This document shows, in pieces, positions 63,030-64,000 of a DNA stretch of 64,000 nt. Both the position numbers and the translations under genes were made by a program. Position 1 is the first letter of the stretch; each line of letters starts with the position of its first letter. The notes under the pieces were generated by a model that had not been told where the DNA came from, searched no databases, and saw nothing but the letters and a program-made list of their open reading frames with translations. Source of the stretch: Harriotta raleighana (Eukaryota); assembly GCA_050575255.1 (NCBI GenBank), contig JBNZDD010013567.1:1503163-1567162 (forward strand), given 5' to 3'.

Positions 63030-63275
63030 TTCAGCCACTCTGCACCCACCATGTGGAACTCCATCCTGTAGTCTCTCCGTCTCGCCCCATCCCTCGCCTC
63101 CTTCAAGACCCACCTCAAGGCCCTCTTCTTCGTCCATACTTTTGATCAACCTCCTTCCCCCAATGCCTTTCACCCTCCCCGATCTCTACCTTCAGCTCGG
63201 GTTCAAAATATTGTATGCCCAGTGCTTTGGGACACCCTCCCGACATGGAAAGCTCTATACAAATGTAATTTTCTT
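63030..63275 (+). mobile_element. L2 3' fragment
   Basis: TGGAACTCCATCC..TCCTTCAAGACCCACCTCAAG and L2 tail. Confidence 0.7.
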
Positions 63276-63569
63276 GGTGCACTCTGGAAGTATTAAATTA
63301 AATAGGCCAAAGAGATTTCTTTCACAGAACTTTTCTTTAGATCCTTAGATCCTTCCATCTTGATCTAAACGATCCTATTGAGCACCTGGATTTTTTCTAT
63401 AGTCCACTTGACATGTTATCTATCTACTGTCAGTTTAGATTACTGCAGGCCACAGCTATTGTGATTTACATGTCTCCCACAAAAACAGTCAATCCAGTTT
63501 ACAATGCATTATGTGAAGTGGCTTGAGACATCTCAACGATCTAATAAGGTGCTATATTTGCGGAGTATT

Positions 63570-63850
63570 ATAGCTCAGTAGTTGGAGCACTTGCCCGTGT
63601 TTTGAATCCAGGCAGATCAGGGCGAAACCTTGAGCAAGTTTCCTTACTCCAAATGCCCTAATAATCCTCAAAAAAAATTAAAAGTTGGTCATTTCAATCC
63701 ACGACTGTTTGTGGGGACACTGCTGTGCGCAATTGGCTGTTATATTTCGCCCACAAATATGCAGTCAATTCACTTTACAATATTCTGTGAAGTGCTTTGA
63801 GACGTCTAGAAGATGTGAAAAGCGCTATATCAAATGCAAGGATTATTATA
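63570..63850 (+). mobile_element. Deu-domain SINE
   Basis: Head, core and tail. Confidence 0.85.
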
Positions 63851-64000
63851 TGATAGTTAATTTGTGCTCACCTGGAACATTACACTTAATATCTGATACC
63901 CTCTCTTTCGCCACGAGAGTGTGTGTTCGGCAATAAGATCTGTTTTAACCTTCAACAGTAATGTTTTAAGTCCAAACAATGCTTATAAATATTTAACAAG

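Overview
Vertebrate genomic DNA, most likely a cartilaginous fish such as a chimaera. This is inferred from the abundant tRNA-head/Deu-domain/L2-tail SINEs plus L2, CR1 and Tigger-like repeats. It is a draft assembly with several single-N overlap artefacts. Genes reconstructed by hand: DHODH (9 exons, minus, 12228-22330), IST1 (minus, CDS 25633-32284, CpG promoter about 34.0-34.6 kb), single-exon SLC10A3 (plus, 42588-44036), a CHST4/5/6-type sulfotransferase (minus, 53792-54982), and the two terminal exons of ADAT1 (plus, 56578-58845), which the ORF track misses. Most notable findings: (1) a tandemly duplicated, apparently mutually exclusive IST1 exon pair separated by only 59 nt; (2) an inverted, splice-intact copy of DHODH exon 4 upstream of DHODH exon 1, so that exons 1-3 are bracketed by inverted repeats; (3) intact ADAT1 3' exons with no 5' exons found in the window; (4) a perfect 23-bp palindrome in the IST1 promoter, next to a SINE with strongly AT->GC-biased divergence; (5) a 28-aa DHODH C-terminal extension. 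Homology calls come from recalled human sequences, not database searches.
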